A stretch of 64,000 nt of DNA from Blepharisma stoltei ATCC 30299 (Eukaryota; Protista; Ciliophora), in the NCBI GenBank assembly GCA_965603825.1, contig CBFDEM010000020.1, positions 682,001 to 746,000 on the forward strand, written 5' to 3'. Position 1 is the first letter of the stretch; every line of letters begins with the position of its first letter. The notes beneath the pieces are model-generated. The model worked only from the letters and a program-made list of their open reading frames with translations. It had not been told where the DNA came from and did not search any database. The position numbers were made by a program, and so were the translations under genes. Positions 25,010-36,751 of this stretch are shown here, piece after piece.

Positions 25010-27941
25010 TTACTGCTCACTAATCAATTTATTATCAATTTCCCTAAATTCACCGTCCGCAACGCATGATCTCTGCCTTATTAGTTTTTCATGCAATTTC
25101 TGCCATGTTGATATTTTTGACTTCGCTAATTTATTTATAGCCTCTATAAACTTGGTGGCGACTTCTTCTTTTCTCCATCCTTCTATCCAAGAATAAGGAT
25201 CTATTGAGTTTATCACGATTTTTAGCTCTTCAAGTTCTTTAGGTAAGTCTTCAAAATTAAACGTTGGGTCGCATTGCCCTATTTTAAGGTTTTGAATCAG
25301 ATTCCCGAAGTCCTCATTATTTTTTTCAGTCATATTTCCCGTTTCTCTTATAGCTCTATGAGCTGCCTCTATCCTTCTCAAAACTTGTATGTAGTGTATA
25401 TCATCATTAGTGATAAATAAGCTTGTCATAAATGCTGTATGATTAGCCCAATAAAACGCTTCATTTATATTCCCTTTTGCGATCTCATAAAAAATATTTG
25501 AAGTTAGTCTTAAAACTAGAATTTTATTTGCATCGACAGGGATTTTTTGATACTCAGTTGTCGCATCATTTCCTAGAGAAAGGTGAAATGCAATTCCATG
25601 GAAAGCGTCAAAGAATTTCTCCTGAATCAGATTTTCTAGAATATATACACAGATAAGTGCATCACAATAGTTTGTGAAAAAAGTGGTTTTTTCTTTGTTT
25701 AATTTTTCTTTTTCTGACTGAGTAAGTTCAAATCTAAAGGGAAGATCTTTGCAAACTGACTTAAATTGGCCATTAAGTTTGGCCCATAGAGGCTCGGTTT
25801 TGTCAAGTTCTGATAAAGACCTATAATCAGGGTTGCATTCTTTAACACATATATCAAGGATAAAATACCTACTAAGCTGCTCTTCATAGCGAATTTTTAG
25901 ATAAACAGCGAAATTAATAAGTTCATGCTTCATGCTTTCTTGTCGTGTGTTTTTTTGATTAAGATAGCTTTGGTATTGAGCATAGGCTGTGGTTTGTCTC
26001 ACAGTATATAAATCTTGAATTGCTTTTATTATTAAAGACAGTTTATATTCTATTACTTCATCATACGCTTTTTTATTTTCTTCATCAATTTCTCGTCGTA
26101 GGTCATCTGGGACGAGAGATTTATAATGATCTTGAGGAATTTCATTAGGAGTATTTAATGAATAGCTGCGAAGACGACCTTTTGGGAAATTGGGAATCAA
26201 GTTACTGTCGATGTAAATTAATCCATAAGCAGAATTCGAGCCATGGCCTCCTATAGCTTCTGCCATTACTTCATATTCTTTTACTTCAGTAACGTTCACA
26301 TCATTGTATTTTCTCCATATAGAGTATTCAGGATCATAAATAAAAGCATAATAATGCCCTCCTTCCACTGAGCCTTCATGCATTAAAATAGAATGCAGTT
26401 GATAACGGTGCTGCTTTAGCTCATTTATGTCAAAGATCGCCTCGATTTCTTTTTTGTGGCGATCTAATTGTATTTCCATATCATTAATCATGCCTTGTAC
26501 GTTCCCTGCTAGCTCCTCAAAAAAGCACTTAGATTGGCTGATCTCTGGCAGCATCCCAGAATCAATCTCAACCCTATCAGCTTCCTTACCAGTATTTTCA
26601 TCAGTTTCCATAATTTCTGTTAAATTCAATTGGTTCCCTAAAAACACCGCAACTTGTTGAAGCATGACGTCAAGTCTTAAATCATTTGAGTTAAATTTTT
26701 TGAATTTCTCGATAGATTGTTCTAATAAAACAACTCTTTTTTTAAGGTTTAGCATTCTTTCTCTGAGACTTAAGCTTAATTCTTTATTTTTCAATAAAAA
26801 TCGATCAGTGTAAATACTATTAGGGAATTGAAAAGCATCACTGTTTTTAGTAAGTGAGCCAGCTTGCACTCTTTGGATTTGGAAAAAGAGCAGTCCTGGC
26901 AATTTATCAATCCATATCTCTTGATGAGCATTTGTATATGCATTTTCGTTTGGTTTATATTCTTGGATATCTCTGTTAAATGCACAATCCCATGCTCTGT
27001 AAAGATTCTTATCTTTTAAATCTAACAAAATTTGCCCAAATGTGCCTGGGCTATTAAAAACATCAGAATCTTGCGATTTCAAAAAATAAACCTGTCTTCC
27101 ATAGAAAAGCTGCGAAATTATTCCTTCAGGAAGCTGCTCTTCAGTTAGGCTAACACTTTCTTTTCTCCTCCCTTCTGAAACATTAATTTCTTGGTTATCA
27201 TTCCCCCTTTCCAACAAAAATTTAGTTTTAAACCCTTCTTCAATTTTTGATATAAAATTCATATTAAAAAATCCTGCATTTTTTTGGTCTCCTAATTCCA
27301 TTTGATTTCCAGAGTCATCAACTAGGGCATTTAATACTCCAGACGGATCAGCGTATTTTTTATTGCTTTTGATCATATGAGCAAATAACTGTCTAAGCTG
27401 CTCAATGAGCTTAATGCTAGTTTTCATTTTAGTTCCTTCTGATCCTGATTCTAATTGATATAAAAGAGATGCACTGAGACGGAATTGTAATATTTCTTGG
27501 GTGATTTTTGGCACCATAAAGTAAGATTGAAGCAAAGAGTTGAAAGCTGAGGCATGGTCAATATACTTAAGTCCCACAGGTACTCCTTCAGTCCTTTGCC
27601 TTTGTTCTGGGTTAAGAGGCTCAAATGTATAGGAAGGAGATGATCAGCTAGTTTCTTTAAGGGAATCTTCAATTGCTTTTGATAAATTTTCATCATCTTT
27701 TGATACGACATTACTTTCCATAAAGTTGGTTTGCAGACTTTGGTTAACTGAATAAAAAATTACTTGCTTCTTTAAGTTCAGGGTCATAACTCTCTGTGCC
27801 TTGATCTAATAAATAAGAAAGCGCTTCTTCCTGATTGTTTTTGAATTTTTGTAAAGCCTCTACAGCTTGTGTTCTTGAAAATCCCATGTCAATAAGCAAG
27901 CTGATACTGTTTTCACTAACAGGAATCTGATTCTGAACCAT
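25010..27941 (-). CDS. USP25/USP28-like UBA-UIM-UIM-USP protein, probably catalytically inactive, ~971 aa
   Basis: UBA LIDMGFSR..A..AL; a 16-nt intron restores the frame; two UIM-like helices; His box LMHEG..GGHYYAFI and WRKYND; Cys box degenerate (GLKYIDHASAF). Confidence 0.85.
27748..27763 (-). other. 16-nt intron GTAATTTTTTATTCAG
   Basis: Shifts the UBA exon into the USP frame and creates UIM-like ELKEAINQSL. Confidence 0.88.
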
Positions 27942-27987
27942 TTATAATTAGTAAAATTGATTTCCATTTATATTAAATAAAAGTACA

Positions 27988-29232
27988 CTATACTAAAGAA
28001 ACAGTTTTTCTTGCCTGTTTCGCGTGTTTTTTGAGCCCTTTGAGGCCTATTAAGATTAGTGTCAAGTTGTCCATGCTCCTTCGTCTCAATGCTGATCTTA
28101 TAACATCATTAACAGCTTCAGCACATTTATTAGGATAAGGAACCAAAAAATTTTCTGTTACTGAGTTTCAAATGCATTCTACCATTTCTTTGTTGGTCAT
28201 TCTATCAAAAATCCCATCACATCCCATTGCGATAAAATCGTGCTCGTCTTGGATTTTAAATGCTTTTATATCAGGATCAGCAATCAGGCATTTCGGGTTT
28301 CCCCCTAAATGCTCATCTTTAGCTTCAATGTCACCAAAACTCCTGGAAACTGAAAGTCGTCCAGGTAAAATTCTATATACATGTTGAAGCCCTTGCTTTG
28401 CACTATTTGAAGGGATTGACGCACTCGTATATATTTTTCCTCCTGAATTTAAAATTCTTGACCGCTCCGGCTCTTCTCCAGGTTTATGATCTTCTGTCAA
28501 AGGATAAATTTTCAAGCCTCTTTCTGAGCTGAGAACTGATCTAGAATCTCCAACATTCGCCACAAAGCATTTCGTATTGACTACCAAACAAACTGTTGCA
28601 CATGATCCTGATTTATCATTATTTTGCTGAGCTAAATGCAAAAATTCTCTTTCTGCCGTCTTAAATCCATTAATAAGTGCTTCAGTTGGGTTCTTTGGGA
28701 AATGCGGATCTCTTATTACAAAATTATGCAAATTATCTTTCAAAAAATCCGCACATCTGCATCCTCCATGTCCATCATAGATTCCATAAAACGAGCATTT
28801 TGGTCAAGGCTCATTTGCCCTTTCTGGCGGACTACGAATATTTATAACGATTGAAACCCGGTCTTCATTATATTTTCTTATCAATCCTTCATGCGTGTTT
28901 ACAGCATATAATCTGACGTTCCCACATCTTTTGTCTGAAAATTTTGCAGGATATAAATTTGGGATAGAGTCATATTGGTTTATTTTCAAATTGGTAGAAG
29001 AATAGCTAGGCTGAATAGGAGGCAGTCTATCAAAAATAGGAGTTTCGCTGCCACTTCTTGGCATTCTTCGAGATGTAACAGCGTGATGATTTGGGGTTTC
29101 AGGCGGTTCTGAATAATGAGGCGACAGCATAAGTTTTTCAAGTTTGGGAAGCGATTTATAGCCTTGTAAAATTGCTGGTCGAGAAGGATTTGGAAATGAG
29201 GACCGTGATAGAGAAGGTTTTTGATACTTCAT
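27988..29232 (-). CDS. Protein phosphatase 2C (PPM family), ~414 aa
   Basis: RKYNEDR, IYDGHGG, ANVGDSR, LSVSRSFGD, GCDGIFD, SMDNLT; joined through TGA at 28804 and 28168. Confidence 0.9.
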
Positions 29233-29610
29233 TTTTGTTTTTGTGAGACCGTTTTCATGGCTGGAATAGTAAAATAAATATAACAAAATAGAAATAATTA
29301 AGTTTATTTAGTGTAAAGAAAAGAAAACATTGAAAACTTTATAGATGATATTTTTGCTGAGCATGACTGAAATTATAAAAATATAAAAATTTGGATATAA
29401 ATAGACTTTGTAAATTGAAATGGAAAGAAAAATTCTCCATGTCTTGCAATGCCAATGATTATTCACTGTTGCAATATAATAGCAATAAGCAGATTTAAAT
29501 AATCAAAATCTATAAAATATAGCCACATAAAGGGTGCATTATTCTGCTTTGGCATTTCGAGAAGTTAAATAATTGATTTATTTTTGAGTTCTTAAAATTT
29601 TGAATTAATT

Positions 29611-31140
29611 TTAATTCGTTATTGGAGCAAGCGCAACACGATTTCTTCCTTGCGAAGCTGTTCTTTGCGTTAGTTTTTGAAACTCTCTGGCCTTATCTCC
29701 TACAAGACACTTAATAATATGCAGCAACCCAGGCTCCTTGATATTTTCAGTCGGCTTAATCTGCCTTGAGACTCTCAAAATTTCTTTCTCAATCATATTA
29801 TTCATAACATCAATAATCCTCGAAATATTTTCTCTAACCCATGTAATTTCGCTGTGAATCGAAATATTTTCAGTTTCAGGGGCAAAATCTGTATCTTTTT
29901 CACTTACTCTCATGCTTTTATTTAAATGTATTGGTTTTCCTTCTCTTGAAGTGCTGAGCTTTTTTATTCTTAATTTTACTGTTTCTAAAATATCTCTTGG
30001 GGTTCTAGTAAAAGAGCCGTTTAGCTGCTTTTGTTTGATTTCATCTTTAAGCCGGTCAAGTCTTGCTTGGAATTCTTTTAGTTCGATGTCTTTTTGAGCC
30101 ATTGATAACAAAAAGTGAGCTGATTCGTCATCAAGGAACTTAGGAAAAGCAGAGACTGGGACTGGCTCATTCATAGACCACAATGCTTTGATGACCCATC
30201 TTAGCCCTTCAGACCGAATATCAGACCCATCTTTTAAAATTCTGCAATAAACATTTATAAGCCTTGCTTTTGCTTTTTTCAGTTCTTTTTTCAAGTTTTT
30301 CCTCAGTTCTTGACTGTTTTCAAGCATTTTTTGATTTTTCTCTAGCGTATATACCAAGTCATCATGCTGCTTATGAAAATTCACATACAATGCCTGCTTT
30401 TTCTGCCTAATTTTTTCTTTCCTTATAAATCTTTCATTTTCTGATCCTAAAGGTTCTCCTTTCACTTTATTAAACAAAAACTCCTCAGCTTCTTGCTGAT
30501 GATACTCCACAACGTCATTTTCATATTTAACTTCTAGATCCTTAATCTTTTGCTTTGTTTCTTCTACTTGCTTCTTCCAATCATGAATAGCAAGGACAGA
30601 GTTTTCTATCTCCTTTTTAATTCTTGCCATTTCTGCATGTGTAGCTTCTTCAAACAGCTTGTTTGCCTCTTGAAATCTTTTTCTTTCATTTTCTTCTTCT
30701 CGCTTTCTATTTCTTTCCAAGTGCAAAACTGACTGAATGGCTGAGGTAATTTCATCAAACTTACTAGAGTGATTCAATAAAGAATGAATTGGCTCAATAC
30801 GTGTGGAATGAGAAGTTTGGTCAGGAGTTTGAAATTTAAAAGTGAAGCGCTTTGTAGGGGATCTTGGAGATTTAGGAGATCGAAGTGGAGACCTGTGGAT
30901 TTTTCAGTCTGAAAGGATCTCGACTTGGGCTTGCTCTTCTTGAGCTTTTATCTGCTTGGTATCAAGTTTTCGAAGCTTGCGTCCGCGGAGTAGATCTTTT
31001 AACTGCTCGATTGTACTTGTAGTATAACGTTTTTTATCTTCTCTGCTATCATTTTCTCTGCTGGTAGAAAGAACATTTGGAGGCTGGACCATGATGTCAT
31101 CGTTAGGCAAAAAGATTGGTTTTAATTTAACTCCTTTCAT
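29611..31140 (-). CDS. Uncharacterised coiled-coil protein, ~509 aa
   Basis: ATG 31140, one TGA at 30904, TAA 29611; long E/K-rich coils and a DIRSEGLRWVIKALW..FPKFLD block. Confidence 0.7.
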
Positions 31141-31677
31141 TAAGATCACAGTTTAATTAACATATTTGATAATTAATTAACATAATTATTGAAAATTTAA
31201 CTATTTAATGTACGATCTTTATTGCTATCTTTTAATTTTATACAATATTTGGAAAATATGTTTCTTTTTACATATAAATAATTATAATAAAACTATTTAT
31301 ATAATTATTGCCTAGGTATAGGAGATCCTTTGCTTTATGGTTTTTTAAGAACTATTATGTATCTATTTGAAATTTTCGCAGCTTGTAAAAGACTCAAACA
31401 TTTTTATTTGTTAATATGGATTAAAAATGCATCAAAATTTATTTCACACTCTGTAAAGTGCGCAGGAATCGAATGGCTTCATTTTACTTGTCATCTTTAA
31501 CCACTGGTGAAAATATTCTCACTATATAATAGCTGCATATCATTTATTTTAAGCTGTCTTTAATAACGTCCAATACATTTCAAGTCCAAAAATATTGATT
31601 TAAAGAGCTTTTATATATTTATGCTTTATGTAATAGGGGCTTACTGAGCAGCTATAATTCCATAATAATTAAAGAAA

Positions 31678-32016
31678 ATGAGTCTGTTTTGCGAGGCAAG
31701 AGAGGAACTAGAAAACGATTTACTCAATTGAATGGCTGATATAAAGCGTGAGCTTACAGAGTGCGCAGAAGAAAGATCAGCTTTCTATGGGTTCGATTTT
31801 GATACAGAAATTCCTCGCACTAATGAAGACCAAAGATATCAGTGGGAGGGGCTTTATTCCTCTTCTATTTCGAAGCTGCGGACTTCTATAAATTCAGAAC
31901 CGGAATCGACAAGATCAACACTGGCTACATTGCAGAATGGTGTTGACGAGATTCGTGAAATCGCTGGACTAGTTCTGTGCATTTCTGTAGAAGATGATTT
32001 TTTGAAAGATCATTAA
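31678..32016 (+). CDS. Cip/Kip (CDI-domain)-like CDK inhibitor, ~112 aa
   Basis: ATG 31678 via TGA 31729-31731: MSLFCEAREELENDL..ERSAFYGFDFDTEIP..RYQWE, resembling p27 NLFG..HEELTRDL..QRKWNFDF....P..GKYEW. Confidence 0.65.
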
Positions 32017-32362
32017 TTACAGTTGCATACACAACCACATAATTTAATTCACAATTTTCTGTCTATAAGTAATTTTTTTGGATTATAAGTTATCTTTGGG
32101 TGCAGTAAGTCATTCCGCCATTTTCATACTTATTTTAAATAAACACTTAGCAAAGCTCGTCTCACATGCGAGAACGTTAAATTGGCTGTTTAAAAGGGAT
32201 GCCACCTTGTTGCTGTTAAATTCTAGAAATAAAAGGAAAATTCCAAATAAATTAAAATCTTCCAATATTAACCTCTCTCACCTCCATAAACCTCCAAAAG
32301 CCTCTTAAAACCCATCCGCTGTTTCTCCCTTCTAATCTTTTTCTCCGCGAATTAAATATGAA

Positions 32363-33616
32363 ATGATTCTTACAAACAAAGAGAGAGAAAAGCTCCATAA
32401 AGCAATATACTCATATCTTCTCTCGCAGAACTTCACCACATCAGCCCAAGCCTTCATGCAAGATGCTAGCGTCACAGAAGACCCCAGCTCCTCTGATTTG
32501 TTAGAAAAGAAGTGGTCATCTGTCGTCCGCCTTCAGCAAAAAGTCATGTCTCTACAATCTGAGCTAGATCAGCTCAAAGAAGAAATGGTTTTTTACGGCC
32601 CAGGCAAGAAAATCTCCGACTCAAACTCAAATAAACTTGTAGGGCTCCCAAGAGTCCCCGAAAAGCATACCTTGACTGGCCATCGCGAGCCTGTAACATG
32701 TGTCGCTTTCCACCCAGTCTACTCAGTCATAGCTTCCTCCTCTGAAGACGCATCAATCCGCATCTGGGACTACGAGTCAGGTTCTCATGAGAGAAGCTTA
32801 AAAGGCCACACAGCTGCAGTCAATTGTGTAGCATTTGAACCCAATTCTGGAAATTTACTTGCGAGCTGTGCAGCTGATTTAACTATAAAACTGTGGTCTT
32901 TTGATTCTTTTGAGTGTACTAAGACACTGCATGGACACGATCATAATGTAAGCTGTGTCCAATTTTTCCCTGCTGGCGATTTTTTGCTGTCTTGTTCAAG
33001 GGATACGTCAGTCAAGATGTGGGAAGTCAGCACTGGGTTTTGTGTGAAAACGTTCCAGGGACATACTGATTGGGCAAGGCAGGTAGCAATTAATAGCTCA
33101 GGGAATTATTTTGCATCGTGCTCAAATGATGAAACTATTCTGGTGTGGGCAGTAGACGCACAGAATCCTTTGCAGACACTTGCAGGGCATAGTCATGTGG
33201 TAGAAAGTGTGTGCTTTGCGAACCAAAATGCAACAGCAAGCTTGCTGGAGGCTGATTTTAGGCATAAGACAGAAGAAGAAAAGATGAACTCAGCCAGGGC
33301 GCCTGAGTTTATCGTGACTGGGTCAAGGGATAAGACGATCCGCATATGAGAAGCATGGACTGGAAATTGCTTGATAGTCTTGAGAGGTCACGACAATTGG
33401 GTAAGGAAACTTGCATTTCACTTAGGAGGAAGCTATCTATATTCTTGTAGCGACGATAAGTCTATAAGAGTCTGGGATTTGAAAACTGGAGGCTGCTCCA
33501 AAAAGCTGCTTGACGTCCATGGGCACTTTGTCTTATGCCTAGCTGTGAATCCACGGTATCCTCTGTTAGCCTCTGGCAGTGTGGATAAAACAATAAAAAT
33601 TTGGGAGTGTCTTTAG
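32363..33616 (+). CDS. LIS1: Lissencephaly-1 (LisH, coiled coil, WD40), ~417 aa
   Basis: LLEKKWSSVVRLQQKV, LTGHREPVT, LHGHDHNVS, GHDNWVR; TIRI(W=TGA 33347). Confidence 0.95.
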
Positions 33617-33662
33617 ATCTATTAGCTAATAAATAAAACGACGAAAATGGAATCATTTATAA

Positions 33663-34622
33663 ATGTTTTTTACAGACCCGAATAGAGATTATGGAGCTGT
33701 TTTGAAAAGTTGGTGAAGTGGTGTGCCAGCATATACAAGATTCATTATTTATGTCGCATGTGGAACCTATATTTTGTCATGGGTAATGCTTGGCTTTATT
33801 GCTAAGCTGATAAACATCCCGATCCTTACTATCCAATATTTCCAGTTTTGGAGGCTTTTTACATCACCTTTTATCGCTTATAGCTTACTTACTTTACTTT
33901 TTGAGATGATGTCATATTTGCCAACTGCATGTAAAACAGAGAGAAGACTGGGGACGGCTAAATACGTAGCTTTTTTTATGATAAATTTTCTGATACTAGA
34001 GCTAGCATTTTCTGCGTTATTATATGGGCTTTCGTTTATACCATCACTTTCAGGGCTGTCTCTAAATCCAACAGCAGGACTATGGCCACTTATAATGGTT
34101 GAAATGGTTATTAGATGCAATATGAACCCAGATTCTCCCACTTCTTTTTTTTGCTTCCCTATTCAAATAAAAGCAAAATATATGCCATGGGCTTTTCTCT
34201 TATTATTTTCATTATTTGCTGGCGTGCTCTGGGATTTACTTGTAGGGATTATACTAGGATATTTACGTAACCTATATTTAGATGTCTATAAGTTGATGGA
34301 ATTTACTTATATCTCAAACGAAAAAGCTGCAGCACTTGAAAATTCTATTTTGATGAGTGGGCTTAAGAATATTACTAACTTCATCAATTTAGCTGATGCA
34401 GGAAATGAGGAACCAATGTCTGTAGTCCAACAAGGTAGCTCAGGGATTGCTCTTCAGCAGCCAAACATACAAGTCCAAAGGTCTCAGCCTTTTGTACCTT
34501 TTGGCGGGCAAGGATATAGGCTTGGAGGAGAAGATAATTCAGGGCCTAGAAGACATCACAAAGTGATTTTTATGTAGCTTACCGAGGTAGAGAATGTAAA
34601 AGAAGATGATTCTTTAGTATAG
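33663..34622 (+). CDS. Rhomboid-superfamily pseudoprotease (derlin/RBL-like) with SHP box, ~309 aa
   Basis: ATG 33663; QFWRLFTSPF, ERRLGT, IKAKYMPW; no GxSG or catalytic His; FGGQGYRLGG SHP box; two candidate 15-nt introns. Confidence 0.75.
34267..34281 (+). other. Candidate stop-free 15-nt intron GTAACCTATATTTAG
   Basis: Fits the consensus (GTAA, A10, TAG); removal gives GYLHVY; it has no stop, so the ORF does not require it. Confidence 0.6.
34563..34577 (+). other. Candidate 15-nt intron GTGATTTTTATGTAG
   Basis: A10 and TAG end; removal extends the ORF to TAG 34620-34622. Confidence 0.65.
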
Positions 34623-34669
34623 CTAATTATTTTGCTTAAATCTTTTATTTGCTATTGCCATATAATAAT

Positions 34670-35581
34670 ATGGAAATTAGCCAAGACAATAGATATCAAA
34701 AAATCGAAAAGGTTGGGGAAGGAACCTACGGAGTAGTCTATAAAGCTTTAGATATCCAATCTCAAAGCATTGTAGCTTTAAAAAAAATCAGACTTGAGTC
34801 TGAAGACGAAGGAGTCCCTTCTACCACTATAAGAGAAATCTCGTTGCTCAAAGAGCTTCGACACCCCAACATAGTCCAGCTCCAAGACATTGTTTTTACC
34901 TCAAATAAGCTGTATCTCATTTTTGAGTTTTTAAATCATGACCTTAGACGTCACATGGATTCTGTAGGAATGCTAGAAGAAGAAAAAATTAAATCATATC
35001 TTTATCAACTCTTACAAGGACTTTATTATTGCCACTGTAGAAGAGTTATTCATAGAGATTTGAAACCTCAAAACTTGCTAATTGATAAAGGGGAAACTTT
35101 AAAACTTGCAGATTTTGGACTTGCTAGAGCGTTTGGGCTGCCAATGAAAACGTATACGCATGAGGTTGTGACACTGTGGTATAGAGCTCCGGAGATCTTG
35201 CTTGGAGCTAAACAGTATTCGGTGCCAGTTGATATATGGAGCGTTGGATGTATTTTTGCAGAAATGGTGCAAAAAAGGCCGCTTTTCACAGGTGACTCGG
35301 AGATTGATCAGCTTTTTAAGATATTCAAAGTGCTTGGAACACCTACTGATCAAGTTTTCCCAGGAGTTACATCATTTGCGGATTTTAAGCCAACTTTTCC
35401 TAAGTGAAGAGGAGAAAGCCTGAGAACTCTTGTCCCAAATATCAGTGAAGATGGACTTGATCTATTGTCAAGCATGATTTGCTATGACCCGTCCAAACGG
35501 ATTTCGGCCAAAAATGCTTTGAAGCATCCTTACTTTAGCGATCTAGACTGTTCTTTACTACAAATGTATGAAAGAAGATAA
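34670..35581 (+). CDS. Cyclin-dependent kinase, CDK1/2 (Cdc2)-like with PSTTIRE helix, ~303 aa
   Basis: [51 protein letters not shown](W=TGA 35405), KHPYF. Confidence 0.95.
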
Positions 35582-35596
35582 AGTTTTGCATATATT

Positions 35597-36751
35597 TTAC
35601 ATAAATTCATTATCTCTTGCAAATAAATCTAGGAAATCAGCTCCTAACGAGCTTAGAAACATCAAAGGTTCCTTTTGCTTTTGCTTATTAGCACTGCTTA
35701 TAGCCCTTCCAGATTTTTCTTTAAATTTATTTCCTTTCCTCTTCGGCGATTTGTCAAATTTATTTTCTTCCTCTTTTTCTTCTGTTTCATAATCCCTGGA
35801 CTTTCCCCTTTTTGGCGAAATTGGTGTCCATCTCTTTTCTCTTTTATTGAGAATTATAGGAATTTCTTTATTACTTTTTTTAACTGGTATTTCTGTTCAT
35901 GCTTTATTTTGCATTTTCATAGTGGGGTCATTTTCATCTCTGATTGATTTTGTTTTCTGTTTATTTTCACATTGAATTTCCAGCTTTTTTCAAGAATCCT
36001 TTAAAGCTGGCTTACTTTTTTCTGAGAAAATTGTTTGTGTATTGGAATACGGCTCATTTTCTTCAGAATCTGAAGAGAAATGGCAGTCGTACATGTTTTC
36101 TACACTTATGAAATCTCCATCAGGATGTGGGGGAAGTTCAAGACCAGTCGCTTTTGGAGGCGTTTTATGTCTTGATGGAGGCCTTGGGTTGCTTATTGTG
36201 TTTCTCATTGGTCTGATTTCAACTTGCTCTTTAGGATTATGCATAAATCCATTAAGCCTCTACTTAAAATATACAGTGAAAAATCTGTCTTCAAGATCAA
36301 AAGCTTTATCATTCTGCCTGCTTGGAGGCCTTGATATTTCTATGTCACTATCGCTGCCTTCTGAGTCGTCTTCTAGCTCTCCCAGTCTCAGCTTGCTTTG
36401 TCTTGTTCCTTTTTCTAGCCTCCCAGATCGATCTGGAGACATATGAGGGGATGTCTGATGTCCGAATTTCCTGGATTTTGTGTTGGATGGTTTTATATTA
36501 TTTTGATAAAGCTTTATAGGGTTTCTTGATCCTTGCTGTTTTGTGTATGAAAACAATTTAGTGGAAGTTTCTGGGGTTTGTTTGGATTTTCTGCCAAAAT
36601 TATTATCTTCTTGGAGAGGTGCTGTACCAGCTCGCAGCATGGATTCTCTGGTTGGATATTACAGTTTGGTGCCAAAAGGAAGCTGCCAAGGAGAAATAGC
36701 TGCCGTAGCTTGACTTGTTGGGTTATGCATGAAACCTTCTTGTCTTCTCAT
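35597..36751 (-). CDS. Uncharacterised low-complexity S/K/P-rich protein, ~374 aa, two introns
   Basis: ATG 36751; 15-nt introns at 36648-36662 and 36260-36274 remove in-frame stops; TGA readthrough to TAA 35597. Confidence 0.7.
36260..36274 (-). other. 15-nt intron GTATATTTTAAGTAG
   Basis: Removes an in-frame TAG between same-frame ORFs. Confidence 0.85.
36648..36662 (-). other. 15-nt intron GTAATATCCAACCAG
   Basis: Removes an in-frame TAA and links the upstream ATG exon. Confidence 0.75.

Noticed and set aside
32078-32308. 76-aa ORF between the CKI-like gene and LIS1
   Set aside because: TTG start, no motif, and composition resembles non-coding DNA.
33647-33685. Upstream ATG as the start of the rhomboid-like gene
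   Set aside because: Out of frame, stops after 12 codons, and no consensus intron links it; ATG 33663 is in frame.
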